In this document: positions 15,380-28,504 of the stretch, one piece after another
How positions within the stretch are numbered: the first letter of the stretch is position 1
Layout: every line of letters starts with the position of its first letter
From: Microbotryum violaceum
Lineage: Eukaryota
DNA length: 64,000 nt
Assembly (NCBI GenBank): GCA_001244265.2
Contig: CDLV01000005.1
Location: forward strand, 2,728,001 to 2,792,000
Direction of reading: 5' to 3'
Program-made: the position numbers and the translations under genes
The notes under the pieces: model-generated
Told to the model about the DNA's origin: nothing
Databases searched by the model: none
The model's input: only the letters and a program-made list of their open reading frames with translations

Positions 15380-17554
15380 TCAAATGAACGATTTGAGCGT
15401 ATACAACAGAACCTTGCCCCTCTTGTTCCCGACCGCGAGCCACTCGCTGCCCTTACTGAAATCTATCGCCGTCACATGATGCAACGGAGTCTGTTGCGTA
15501 GGCCAATTCGAAAACACCGTCGCCGAAGCGGTATGGACGAGTTTGAGTTGGTCCTTGTTCGTCGCGGAGGCGAGAGCGAGTATCTGGGCGTCGTGGTTGA
15601 ACTTCATCGATGTGACGGAGGTGACGAGGTTGCCGATCGTTTTGGTCGCCTTCCGTTCCTGACCCGAGGCAGGGAGGCTTGAGGTCGCAGAGTCGTACAA
15701 GTTCACGATCCCCGTTGTCGATCTACAAGTCGCCGTGTGAGGACATGTTTCAGTCAGTAGGTGTGGTCGGTGTATCAATCATCGAGAATGCATGGGCACT
15801 CACGCGACTGCGGTGTACTTGCTCGACGCATCCGCAACCAAGCCACACGCCCCGAATCCACCATCGTCCCTCCATCGCGTGATACATTTCCTCGTCCCAA
15901 CGTCCCAGACATAGACCTCCGAGTCCTCCCCGAGCGTCATCAACTCCTTTCCTTCCTTATGCCACGCAATACCCTTGACCGCGACGTTCATCTTGACCTC
16001 GCCAAACACCTGCCCACCTTTCCCGACGCCTTCTTTGCCCCAATCAACAAGATGGACGTATCCTCTCCTTCCGCCTACAGCCAAGATCTCCCCATCAGGC
16101 GAGAATTCGAATCGCTCCATTCCACCATGTCCTCCCGAGCTCGCTCGATCGGATCCTCCAAGCCCACCGGTCAACAACGTTCGTTTGACCGTCTGACCCG
16201 TTTGGAGATCGTACGAGACAAAGTAAGGTCGTGGGCCGGTCATCAACAACGAGGAGCCCGAAGGGTGATACGCAACGGTTGTGATGGGTAGCTCGGGACG
16301 TGCAGCGTTTGCAGCAAAGGATTCTCGGTGCCGTCGGTTTGGAAAAGCCGTAACCTTCGGTCATCGGTCGCGGAGAACAATACTTGGGCGCGGGGGTGGA
16401 AGCCCAACGCGACGATCTTCTTGCCCGATGTCTCGGCCTGGTTCGCATCCCTGACTCGATCAATGTCAATGTCACCCGAAGCGAGGATGCCCCGTGTCCT
16501 TTTTCGTTTGATCGTGCCCGTTGTGCGGAAGAGGTCGTCGACTTCTTCAGCGGCAGCATCGCTGTCGACCTCAGCATCCTCATCGTCGTCATCATCGGCC
16601 AGGCCACTTGCACCTTGTTGAGCAGCTTTCTCCTTTTGTTTGAGCACTTTTCGCCGTGCCTCGACGGCCCAAGCAGGTGGTGGATGCATCTTTTCGAATC
16701 TATGGGGGATCGGAGAAATGAGGTTGTCAGAACTTGCTAGCGCCCAGAAGCGATAAATAACCCGATAGGCTTACTGTCTCCTCAACCTTGTCTCATACTC
16801 CAACCCACTGACGAAATTCTCATCCTTGGTCTGTCTCAGCTTTCTCAAACGAGCCACACTGGTCAACGAGACCGTGAGGTCGACGTCGGCGGGATCGAAC
16901 CAGACCGCCTGTCGAAGGTTGCGCGATCGGGGCAGCTTGACGATACTCGGCGTGATCGGCTTGCGAGGTGCAACGTCCGAGTCCGAGCCCTCGCCTGATG
17001 ATTTGACGGCGTCTTGTTGATCTTCTGCTTCCCAGTCAATCTCTTCGTCGTCATCGTCATTCTCCTGGTCGGCTTCATCGTTCTCGTCGTCGCTGCCCCG
17101 AGGCTGGGATGCTTTCGAAGTGCTCGCAATGACGGGTGGTGCATCAAAGAAGAAGAGCTGTCGAGGCACAGTCATCAAGTGTCAGCGTTTCCGTATGACT
17201 GCACATCCCAATGCAATGTGCACGTACGCTCTCATCCTGCAGCCTCTCCAAGCCCGTCTCCGTCCCATCCTGATCCTCATCATCCTCCGCACCATCCTCT
17301 CCCCCTCGTCGTCCCCTCCCCTCCCCCTCCTCATCCCTCGCCCTCGTCGATCTTCCAAACACGGCCTCCTCAAGATCGTACTCGTCCTCATCCTTCTCCA
17401 AGACGACCTTGCCCTTCTTTCCCGACCGAGCCGGGTTGTGACGAGTCGTCAAGAATGAGCCCAAGGGAGCGCGCAAAGTGTCCGTTCGTGACTTCTTGTT
17501 GGCGGAGACAGTCTTCTTGTTACTACCGTGGGAGTTGTCCGTTCGTTTCGCCAT
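15380..17554 (-). CDS. UTP18: U3 snoRNA-associated WD40 protein Utp18 (apparent 1-nt frameshift near 16295)
   Basis: Acidic N-terminus; AVWFDPAD...RLRKLR...EYETRLRRQ|FEKMHPPPAWA; DIDRVRDAN; WD repeats; C-terminal KLVH...TVFSNWP...AVGNKRGKV. Confidence 0.88.
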
Positions 17555-17989
17555 GCTGGAGACGGTGGATCGCGTGCCGACGTGTTTGGAGTGGAGAGAG
17601 CTCTAGCCGACGAGGCGATCAACTCCAAGTGCGAAGCCAGATTGCGAAGGCAGCCAGCCAGTTTTTGAGCTCGGACCCCCCCCCCCCCCCTGGACATTCT
17701 GGCCCGGAGCGGCGCCGAGTGATCGATGGCGCGGGGACTCTTTCGGACTGGAGCCTGGAAACTTCGCAATTCCTTTAAAGTCGTAGTAGGGGTGCTGTGT
17801 TCATTCCAGAAACAAGGCACAGTCTGTGCTTGTCTAATACAAGTATAAAAGGCTAAAAAGACATATGATGGCTCTGGCGTTCAGGAGGTCGGACTTCCGA
17901 GTGGGCGCGAGTACGCCGGCGGTAGCATATAGTATTAGCTCGCTGCACGTCGCAGGGCAGGCGATCCAGCGAACATTTTTCGAAGATTC

Positions 17990-18959
17990 TCACAACACAA
18001 AAAGTCCAACGACCACCATCGACAAGATAGAAAATAATTTGCCCCCCTCGGTCATGTAGACCGAATTAGCCGCTGCGGACGAAGTCTTTCCCATTGAGGT
18101 TGACGAGGCAGACTTGGACGAGGTGGGCGTCGAACTCGAACTGGAGCTGGTGTAGGGTGCTACCAAGCCTTTCGTGGTATAGTTGATACTGGTAATAATT
18201 ATGAGGTAGATCGATCAACGTCATCAGATGAGTCGCAAAAAGCTCGCATCGATGTTCTGAGCTGCAGACTTACGCCCTCCCACATCCGGAAGCATAGACA
18301 TTTTGCGCGGTGCCAGTATAGTTCAGTTGAGCGGTGATGTTCCCTTCACGAACCGCAATGCACGAGGTGCATATTGCCCAAGCGTCGTTCTGGGAGGGAA
18401 GCGAAGAGCCGACAGGCGTCAGCAGCTCGTTCGTCTACCGTTCACCTCCGCCGGTCCTCAGAGAAAGTGCTCTCACATCATCAACGTTGCACAAGCAGCT
18501 GTCGATTAAGGTCGAGTTGGTGAGATCACATTTCGTGTCTACATCATCCGCAGAGCCACCGTAGATCAAGATCCTCGTTAGCAACGACTGGACTGACAGC
18601 AGCCGTAAGCCCCTATTCACGAGAGACCACTCACAAACTGTCCAAAGATCCGCGCAATCCAGAGCGCAGACATAAATTCCCGCAACGCTGTTAATCGCGG
18701 ACTTGGCGAAGGTTGAGACGGAACCGTTGGAGGTAGCCGAGGCGGTTCGCACGCGGAGGTCGGCGTGAGAAGAGACTAGGAGCTCGCGAGGGCCCAGGAG
18801 ATAGTCATTTCCGAAGGTGGGCAGAGCAGTGACGAGGTGGGTCAATGAGATAAGGGAGACTGTGAAGTGAGGGAAAAAGTCAGTTCGAGCCTTCGAAAAG
18901 GCTCCTTATAGTGCAGGAACAGTCTCACCCGAGAGAAGATTGGAGGTGCACGCGAGCAT
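17990..18959 (-). CDS. small secreted 8-Cys (CFEM-like) protein with S/T-rich stalk and predicted GPI signal
   Basis: Five exons with canonical splice sites give a signal peptide (MLACTSNLLSVSLISLTHLVTA), C-x3-C-x9-C-x10-CxC-x10-CxxC-x25-C, an S/T-rich linker and a hydrophobic tail KLFSILSMVVVGLFVL*. Confidence 0.75.
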
Positions 18960-19783
18960 GATAATAACAGTGAGGAACACGTGACAAGGTGAGGAAAGTA
19001 TGGAGAAGAAAGTCAAAAGAGAACCCCAGTTCTTCCAGCTCTTATACAACCCATGCCCCTTCATCCCTGCATCACATCACCTCTACATCGACCTGTCGTG
19101 TCATGATCAAATCCCGATCACTTGAGATGGGCGGTGCTGGAGGTTCGTGCCACACGGGCGGCGATCATCCAGTGCGCTCGGGATTCGGTCCCCGACCGGC
19201 AACGGCCTGAAGCAAGTACCCCCTAAGAATTGTTTCCTGATTTGGCCGTAGCCCACCCCTGAATTTTCAGGGCCTGAGCTCACGCTTGTGAGTGGCTTGT
19301 TGCTGATCACGAAGAGGAAACAGTTTGTGCTTGAAGTCTAGCCAGGTGGGACTCCGTGACGGTGTCGCTCGGGACAAGGGCCCGGCGGCGGAAGGGCCGT
19401 GAAGGTCACGGTGGCCCGGCCCCGGGTGCCAGGGCTCACCGTGAGACTCGACACGGATGGGAGCCACTTTACTTCAGGTCATAATTGCTTTACCCCAGCT
19501 TCCTTCGGTGTTTCCAGCCAAAACCTGGAAGCGAGGCCGCTCGCGACCCCCGGCTCTCGGTGCCACTCGGACCGACTCGGTGGAACGACCATGAGTGCCG
19601 TAGGCTGACAAAGCTTGGTCAGCGGACGCGCCTCTGGTTCCGATCACTCGCTCAGAGGAGCCCCACATTCATTTTGAGCGGTGTTCGTTCTGACCACGGA
19701 CAATCGTCTCCTTCCTTCCTCTCTCTCTCACACACACACACTTCCATAACTGGTCCAGCTATCCCGGCCAACCCGAGTCCAAC

Positions 19784-22027
19784 ATGATCGGAGTCCAAGC
19801 AGCGATGGGCCACGGCTCGCAAATCGACCAAGCTGTGTACCACGGGTGGCCTCAAGCCGTGCAGCGCATGCAGAGGCTGGCCGAGATCGAGTTGGACGAA
19901 ATCGCCGGCGATGTCGACTATATTGCGCCTTATCTTCCTGAACAGCATGTGAGCCCTTCGGTGTGCCAGTGCCTACAGAGGTGCGAAGCAGCTGACATCT
20001 CGCTTCTGAATCCTAACAGCGCCTGTTCCACACGAGCAACATCAGCTTCCTCCCTCTGACGACCAAAGCCGTCGACGGAAGGGTATGGACCAGTCTACTC
20101 GCCGGACAAGACGGAGTGCCAGGTTTCATCGCCTCCGATGATCCACGTTGGATCGAGATCAAGGCGCAGACGTGGCCAGGCGAACCGATCGCTCGTACGC
20201 TTGGCTCGGAGCTGGGAACTTCTTCCGCCGTCAAATCCGTCGAAGCGCCTTGGTTGCTGGTGTTGGCATCGAGCTTTGGTCACGAAGGCGCAACAAGCTT
20301 GCTGGGATGGCGAAGAACGTGAGGTGGAATGACAAGGAAGTGATCATTGATATTCGAGTGATGGAAGCCATGGGGTAAGTTCTAACATCGGCCCCGGGCG
20401 GATTGCAGACGTTGAAGCTGCAGAAGTCCTACTGACGAGTTGAATGGTCTCTTCAATAATCAGGAACTGCCCCAAGTACGTCACAGCTCGTAACCTGAGA
20501 TCCTACCCGCACGCCCAACCGTCGGTCCAACTCGAGAATCTTGACATGTCACCGACGGACGTGCTTCCTCAAGCGGTCATCGACTTTATCAAGTCCCGCG
20601 ACCAAGTGTTCCTCGGCACCAATTACATTCCCACGGGCACGACTGATCGAACGCTTCCTCACATGGGATGCAATATCCGAGGTGGTCGACCAGGCTTCAT
20701 CCGTGTTCGGGCCGATCAACGAACGATCGTCCTGCCAGATTTCTCAGGCAACCGACACCTGACTTCGTTGGGCAACCTCTCAACGGATAAACATGCCGGA
20801 ATCGTCTTGCCGTGCTTCGAGGCCGGGGACGTGCTGTACTTGACCACCGAAGGCCGCACGGTCGTGGGCGACGAAGCCAAGACGGTCATGCCCCGCGCGC
20901 GACCGATCGTGTCCTTGTTCAAGGTCACGGGTTACACGCTCGTGCGCGATGCCCTGCCGTTCCGCCAGTCCAGCAGGAGTGTCATGGAACCGAGTCCGTA
21001 CAACCCGCCAATCCGCTACCTCGTGGAAGAACAAGAGTTCTCCGCTGCGAGCGACCTCACGGCCAAGCTCACGGCAATTCAGTTCTACAACAGCAACATT
21101 GACGATGGGGTAGAAGTCGACAATCGGGATGCCAATCTGGCAACATTCACCTTTGAGACTTCGAGTACGCTCAGAGTACAAGCTGGTCAATATGCCGTGT
21201 TGGACAACACCCCTTTAATTGGCACGATCGTGTACAGGCATATGAGCAGAGGAGATGAGGGGGCCCCGAACGAAGATGGAGTCAGGACTTGGTGAGTTCG
21301 CAGTGCAGATCGTCCACAATCGCGATCAGAATACTCACTGTGTGAGATCTTTCCATGCTCTCATAGGACAATCTCTCACCCGCCCACGCCGGAGAACCCG
21401 CGGCGCTTCTCAATCACGATGCGACGAGTGGCGACGGGCCGAGTGTCGTCTCGCTTCTTCTCATTTGGCGCCTACTGGGACAGCAAGATGCGCGATAACA
21501 AGGGTACGATTGTTCCCGGTCGCAAGCTCCCTCTGTTGGGTGTGGGAGGAACGTTCGTTTTGCCTTCGAAGCCGACGTCGTTGCTTCTACTCGCGGGTGG
21601 CGTAGGCGTGACCCCTTTCCTGGCTTTCCTTGGCGAGTTGAGCAGGCGCAAAGATCCAGAATCGTCGACTCCGGTGTGGGATGTCGATTTGGTCGTCTCG
21701 ACTCGTGAACCCAAGATCACGCTGGATCTGATCAGAGAAGCCATGCCAGTTAGCGCATCGACCACCTCGCTTCGACTGCGCGTGCTTCTCTGCACTTCGG
21801 ACTCTGGTGAAACGATTGACGCGGCCTCTGCACACCTCCCCTCAACCGTCGAGCTCAAACAGTATCTAGGGCGACTCGACGGAAAGGTTCTTCAACGAAT
21901 TGAAAAAATGGCCGATCGCAAGGTGTACCTGTGTGGTCCTCCTTCGTTCGAATTGGCGGCTTTGCTCGCGCTGGATCGGAATGGGGTCAAGGAGGTCGAT
22001 GTGACGCGCGAGTCGTTTGCTTTCTAG
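19784..22027 (+). CDS. PNPOx-like FMN-binding plus ferredoxin-reductase-like FAD/NAD(P)-binding oxidoreductase (apparent 1-nt frameshift near 20248)
   Basis: Motifs SRRRNKLAG, GNCPKY, MGCNIRGGRPGF, PDFSGNRHLTSLGN, GVRTWT, LLAGGVGVTPF, VYLCGPPSF, ESFAF*. Confidence 0.8.
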
Positions 22028-22512
22028 GGCTTTTGGCGGGATGTCATATCATGTCGATTCGAGACCTTTCCCTTGGGTAATATCGTCTGCTTGTTGTTTC
22101 GTTTGAAATCAATTTTAGGATCATACCAGATGGTCGGAGAACAAGTAAAGCGCGAAACCCAATCGAAGAGGCTGAGGGCGCGCCTTGGACTGAATCAAAC
22201 TCACACGCGCATTGGCACAGGCGCGTCGCCGTCACTTGCTCGCGCACGCACGCCAAGTGCACGCACCTCGTCGCGACGCGCTGGCCGGCGTTCGGTGCGA
22301 CAAAGGTGGGCTTCGTTGGGCCTTTCCTCTGTCGCACCTACAGCAAATACGTCTCCCGTTGTCTCCGCTTCCATCGTCGACCAAACTCTCCGCGTGCCTC
22401 GTTGTGGTAAAGTCTCCCCAATCGCTGTTCGTCGTACCAGCTGGCAGCTGCCCGCCGTGGTCACCGCTCGCGATAGGGCCGCGTGCGTTCGCGTTTGTGC
22501 GTTGTCATCATC

Positions 22513-25500
22513 ATGCTCGGGCCTCAATCAGCGCGACGGCTGCCCCACGCCCACGCCCAGGCTGCACAGGGGTACTCGCTCACAACCTACTCGAACAACG
22601 ACGATGAGTACGACGAGTACATCCGCCACGACGGCCGATACAACGGGCCCCACGATCCTCAGCGCTCGACATATTCGATGAATGCAACGGCGGCGGCGGC
22701 GAATCCGACTCCGGTTCAACATCCACGCCGAGTGCGCCAAGACACGCGCGAACCGACCGCCGCGAACGCGCGTCATGGGCCATCGTGCTCGCCTACCTCG
22801 CCGCAAGAACACACCCCGAGGACATCATCAAGGCCGGCCTCGCCTTCGTACCGCGATGCGATGCCCTCCGGTAGCCACAATCGAGAGCACTTAGGCGCCA
22901 GCACCTCGTCGGCACCGTCGTCTTCGCAACAGCCGACCGCCTCGATCAGCCTAGCCCCGCAGCCGCGATCACGCGAATCGAGTAAGAACGCCGTCGAGCA
23001 CCACCACCTCTACCCCCACCATAACCTTCAGAGCAACTACTACGGAGTAGGGACAAGCGCATCAGAATTGGACCGACTCGATTCGACGAGGCGACTGATG
23101 GCCCAGCTCGATCCCGACGACGCCGAGTCGATAGCGCCCGATCGCGGCACCTGGGCCAGCGACTGGCGCGAATCCGAGATCGACCGTGACCCGAACCGCA
23201 GCAGTTTTGAAGTTGACGAAGCGGCGCATCGTAGCTTGGGCCAGGTGTACACTACCAGAACTGGTGCTGGGTTCCCGAGGAACAGTTCGACCAGTGTCGT
23301 CACCGTTGACGGAGGCGATCCGTTCCCGTACTCGGTGAGTTTTCGAGACGGACAGGGGGCCCGGAGCAGCATCGCCACTGACACACTTGATATTGGGCTC
23401 GCGACTGCGACTGGCAATCCAGGCCTATGATGGGATGCCGCTCTACGACGACTCGATCGAACCTGAAATACTGGCCTCTTTCCCTATCGCGTCTACAGCA
23501 GACAACCACCGACCATCGCCGCAGAAGCTGATACCACCACGAGACGGCGCCGCCGCTGAGTCGCAGCATGGGGCACACGCTCCTTCTCCGGGTCCATTAC
23601 GGATAGGCGACAACTCCCCATCAACCGAAACGTTCCTTTCCGATTCAAGAGCACTACTTGTCTCGACACCGACACGGGAAACATCTTTCGGGCCGGAGGA
23701 ATCGAGTCGCGCGATCCGACCGGATCTCATCACAGTACCACCGCATGGCGCATCCCCGCCAACCTTGTCAGGCTCCAGCTCTCCAACATGGTCGGTTGCG
23801 GTCTCACAGACTGGCCGGGTGGCCTCGAGAACGAGTGCGCGCAACTTTTCTCGCCCCTTCGTCGCGGTGGCGGAGCCAACTACGCCAAACGAATTAGCCG
23901 TGCCTCCGCTGCCTCCACAATATGGCCGCATCCAGGTCTCGCGATCCGATTCGTCCGACTCGATCGACCAACTGGCTCGACAGAGCTCTCTTGGGCATTC
24001 CTCCAGCATCGGGCACTCGACGAGTGGACACGAGAGTTCCATGGGGCACGGGGCGTCCAGCCAGGGCGGGCATTCATTGTCGAGCTCGTGGGAGGAGAGA
24101 AGGCTGATGGGCCTGAAAGGAGTCGAGCTTGCCAAGCGCGAGATGTTGCTCAAGAGTCACTCGGGAGCGATGGAACGACTTCAGGAGGAGGAGAGGGATC
24201 AATCAACGGAGCGAAGGGGTCGATACTCAGGGTCGAGCAGAGAGTCGTCTCCGGAGAGTAAGCCGCATCTTCCCACCCCCGCTGCCAGTCCCGTCATGGC
24301 GAGACAGCTACCGGCAATTTCGTTCTCAACAACGGAAAATTCTGGAAGTATGTACCCTGAGCGATCCTCCTCGACCCGTCATGACTCACCAATCGACCAA
24401 TCACTGCATTCTCACCAACGCGCGTTCGACCGAGACGCCTCGCCAACCTCCCCATCGCCTCGGACTCTGCCAATTGCTCCGTCGCAAGGCCAGTCTCCAT
24501 CCTCGCCCCATCTGTCTCCCTGTCTCAATCCAACCGGTTCCAGCGCGGAACCTAGAGTTTCGCTTCTTGAGAATCCCCGCGCCTCACCTGCTCCCCCGCT
24601 CCACCTCTTAAACAGCCCCGCGTCGTCTTCGTGTCACAGTGGTCTTGACAGCCAGTCCTCGAGTCCGGTCGAAGCCCAGTCAGCGCAAATGCCGTCCCCT
24701 GCCGCGAGTCCGCCTCGGCAACGCAACGTCCTGCGCAAGCGTCGGCCTTCGGATGCGTCGGCTCGAGCCAAAGATGGTATCACTCCTCCACCGGAGGGGA
24801 CGATGCCGTCTCTTCCACAATCCACGGCTCTGGCGATCGAAGTTGCGCTCCGAGAAGACCCGTTCGCGGCCTCTGAAGGCCAGTCCGGTCGATGGGCTAA
24901 GTTTCGCTCGTCGCGCTCGCATTCGAGTAAATCCAAGATCCGTCCCTCGTACGGGCCCGAAGCGGATACGGCGGCCGAGTACGAGAGGGAAGCCGATTCG
25001 GCCTCGGTGCCCCACATCACCTTTGAGCCTCCGAGTCGACCGACAGGTGACTTGCGAGACTTGGCTCTGCGTGCCAAACAACTGAGCGAACAACGGCATG
25101 CGCTCGAGGCCCTGTCTCTGAAGCCGAGTGTCGCAAAGAGTGCGGCGGCGGGCATCGTGCAGCGGGGTGATGGGAGGGATCTGGCCCCTGGTTGGGTGCA
25201 GAAGGAAGGTGATTGGGATCCTGAGGACGAGATGGAATCGCTTGCGGTCAAGTCCGTCATTCGACCACCGGGGATAAGTCCCAAAGAGCGAAGCGTCTCG
25301 GATCAAGGACCCCAGAGATTGTACAGCGATGCATCGGAGGAGAATGGGCTCTCCGTCTTGGGATCGCACGCTCGACCTGGAACGGCAGCTTCGCTCTACT
25401 CCAACTACTCGTTTTATTCTTTGCCGACCACGATGGGGGCGTCGGTCTTCGGTGGGTCCAAACCCGGTTCGATCCGCTCACCTACCGAGACCGAGCACTC

Positions 25501-26557
25501 GCCTTCTTCGCCGCGCGCGCCGAGTTCTATGTCCATCTCACACCCGACGTTCGAAAAAGCCAAAGCTGGGAGGAAGGTCGAGATGACGACCACGCCGGAA
25601 GGGGAGGTGGTGCCACGCAACGAGCCGCAGACGTGCGAGGATTATCTCAGTGAGCTCGGCTGGTATAACATGGGTGTAGGCCGGAATGGGGTGGAGCTGA
25701 CTTTGGGTTATCGACAGTTCTCGGCATTCATTATCACGAGAACGGCGAGCTGCCTCGGGCGGCGTGGTACTTTGAGCAAAGCGCGAAACAGGATGGCGGA
25801 TGCCCGGCTGGGATGCTCATGCATGCGTAAGCAAAACCATCTTCACTGTTGCATCGAAATGTGGCAGCCTTGCTGATCCCGTCCCGATGATAAATGCTTC
25901 CGTGTAGACTCACACTCCGGCATGGCTGGGTTCGTATTTCAATACATCCTAGCCTGGTATGCAGTTTGAGATACGCGGCATTCACACTTATTTTTCATTT
26001 CACAGGGATGCCAAGTGAATACTCAACTCGGATTCAAGTACCTCCAAGCGGCTGCTGAATTTGTCGTCGAAGACATCGATCACGAGAAAGCAGGCGACCA
26101 TAGCCTGCTCGATACCAAGGCCTCCAAGGTCGGTGCTACCCCTGTGATTGCGAGTCGGCAATAGTGAAAGCGGTGTGCTGAACGAGGATATTTTGGAACG
26201 ACTTTTGCAGAACGAGCTGGTGCTAGCTTTGCACGAGATTGGCGTTTCATTCCGATTTGGATGGGGCGTGCCTAGAGATAAGAAGATGGTCAGTTCGACG
26301 CCGCGTTGCGACCCATTGTCACCTGCCAGAGCTGACACAGCGCAAAGCCTTCTTTGTCCACACAGGCCGTGGCGTACTTCACCCTCGCCGCCGATCTCGG
26401 CGACGTCGATGCGCAGACCGACCTCGCGTTTTGCTATGCCAACGGTAAAGGGTGCAAGAAGGACCTCCGCATGGCGGCTCATTACTATCGATTGGCCGTC
26501 AAGCAAGGCGCGGAAAGCTTTGGCCTGAGCTGGATTTGGAAGGCCAAGTACGACTGA
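22513..26557 (+). CDS. DSF2: DSF2/Nif1-like protein: long disordered N-terminus, C-terminal SEL1 repeats
   Basis: Intron 23335-23422 joins the two long ORFs. C-terminal exons give LGIHYHENGEL, LTLRHGWGC, ALHEIGVSFRFGWGV, ADLGDVDAQ, GKGCKKDL...GLSWIWKAKYD*. Confidence 0.75.
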
Positions 26558-27283
26558 GAGAGGGGGACCTAAGCGGGTTTGTGATCGAGTAAAGGTGACA
26601 CTCGTTTTCTGCCGACTACGTGATTACAGTAATTTTTCGGAGTAACAATGTTGTAATGACAGGGACATTCTTACCTACCAAGCGTATGGTCCATATACGT
26701 GTTCCGAGACCTAGGTCGATAGGTAGCTGCGGCAGCGTAACTGCTGTTTTCTTTTCTTCTCATTCTCAACCGTGTAAAGTCTCTGCTTGGCGTAAATGCG
26801 GTCAAAAACTCGCTGCGCATCGTTCCCTCTGCCGCCTGGTCGAATGCAAAGTAACTACTCGAACTGCTTGACACCGAACTTTCAAACCACCGATTGAAAC
26901 AAATCCTTTCTATCCCTCCTCAGTCCAGCTGCAGCACTAGATCTTTCGCCAATTGCCCCATCCAAACTTCCCCCTCGGGATTCGGTCTCGATATTCTGAC
27001 CAAATGCATCGCTGTTGTTGTGAATGACCAAAGCCAGACGCAGCTCTTGACCAAGTATTGGAGGAACGAGTTCGGTCAAAAAATGGGTATCAAGTCGTTT
27101 TCGCTCGCTTCGAAAGAGCTGGGATCGTTTGACAACTTTAGGAATAACTTTACCGGCGCCCCGAATCGCTTGGTCGAGCATCTCGACGATCCCGAGATGC
27201 GCATAGTCGTTGAACGCTAGTACCTTCATGTTCTTTAGCCCTGGTCCTCCGTTTTGATTCCGTACGATCACTGGAAGCACCGC

Positions 27284-28504
27284 GTGCAGCCGTGCTCCAA
27301 GAACGATAGACAGGATCAAACAGTCGTAGTTCAAGTCTAGAACCTAGAGGCAGTCAGCTCTGTCTTGCGAGCTCTAGTTGACACGGATGCTTCCGCTCCT
27401 TTCATCGCAGATAAGGAGGTGGATAAACTACGGTTGACACAGAGGAAGCTTCAGATACCCACATCTGTTAGTGTTGCAATTCAAAGTCACAGGGTCTCGC
27501 ATCCCGTCACTGAATTCGTGTGTGTGTGCCACTTTGTACCTTGAACGACCGATGGTCTACTCAACACGTCGTTTTGAAGATCGCGCCGTTGACGTCCTTG
27601 AAACTGGTACTGGGGCGACCGTTTTTAAAGCGACACTATATGCTGGTCGACTGTAGAAGGCGTCAAGTGCTGGTCCCGGATCCAACCTTACCCGACGAGC
27701 GTATCGATCTACTGACCGACCGTTCGGCGAGCGCGGTCCAAGCAGGCGTCCGGGCCTGCCTCGCCCGTCTCGAAGAGCAGCAGGCGGAGGAGTCTTACCT
27801 ACGGGCAATGGAGGCGAAGTTTCGCAGGGAGTTTTCGGATCGGTTCCCTGTGGACATCCCGCCGGTCTCGCAGTACGAGTCAAAGGTTCGTCACCGTATC
27901 TCGCTCAAGCCGGGCATAAAGAGACCGCGGCAACCGACCTATGGCACTCCAATGCGCTGGCGTGCAGCGTGGCGACGGTTACTGGATGAACACCTTGCGG
28001 CCGGTCGTCTTCGTCCATCCTCTTCGGAATACTCGTTACCGGCCTTCATAATTTCCAAGAAAGGCATGGAGACCGACCCTTCGATCATGCCGCGTTGGGC
28101 CAATGAATACAAGGTCCTTAATGCGGCCACGGTACCAGATCGCACACCGCTTTCCCTCCCGGACGAAATCTTAGCGGTCTCCGCGAGGGCGCGATTCTGG
28201 TCCAAGATCGACATGACGAACAGTTTTTTCCAGACGAAGATGGCCGAGGAGGACATCCCCAAGACCGCGGTGGCAACTCCCTGGGGACTCTTCGAGTGGG
28301 TGGTCATGCCGATGGGTCTGTCCAACGCGCCAGCAACGCATCAACGCTGGGTCAACGAAGCCTTGTCAAGTCTCATCGGCAAGAGTTGTTTTGCCTACCT
28401 CGACGGCATCACAATTTTCTCGAATACCATTGAGGAACCCGGACTCACGTCAAGGAGGTACTCGAGGCGCTGCGTCGGGCAGATCTGTATTGTTCGCCGA
28501 AGAA
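27284..28504 (+). mobile_element. Ty3/gypsy pol fragment: aspartic protease plus reverse transcriptase, decayed
   Basis: [10 protein letters not shown] (protease DTG mutated), LVLGRPFL, SKIDMTNSFFQ, TPWGLFEWVVMPMGLSNAPAT, YLDG in place of YLDD. Frameshifts; truncated at LYCSPK. Confidence 0.9.

Noticed and set aside
23330-23430. Apparent frameshift between the two long DSF2-like ORFs
   Set aside because: Explained by canonical intron 23335-23422.
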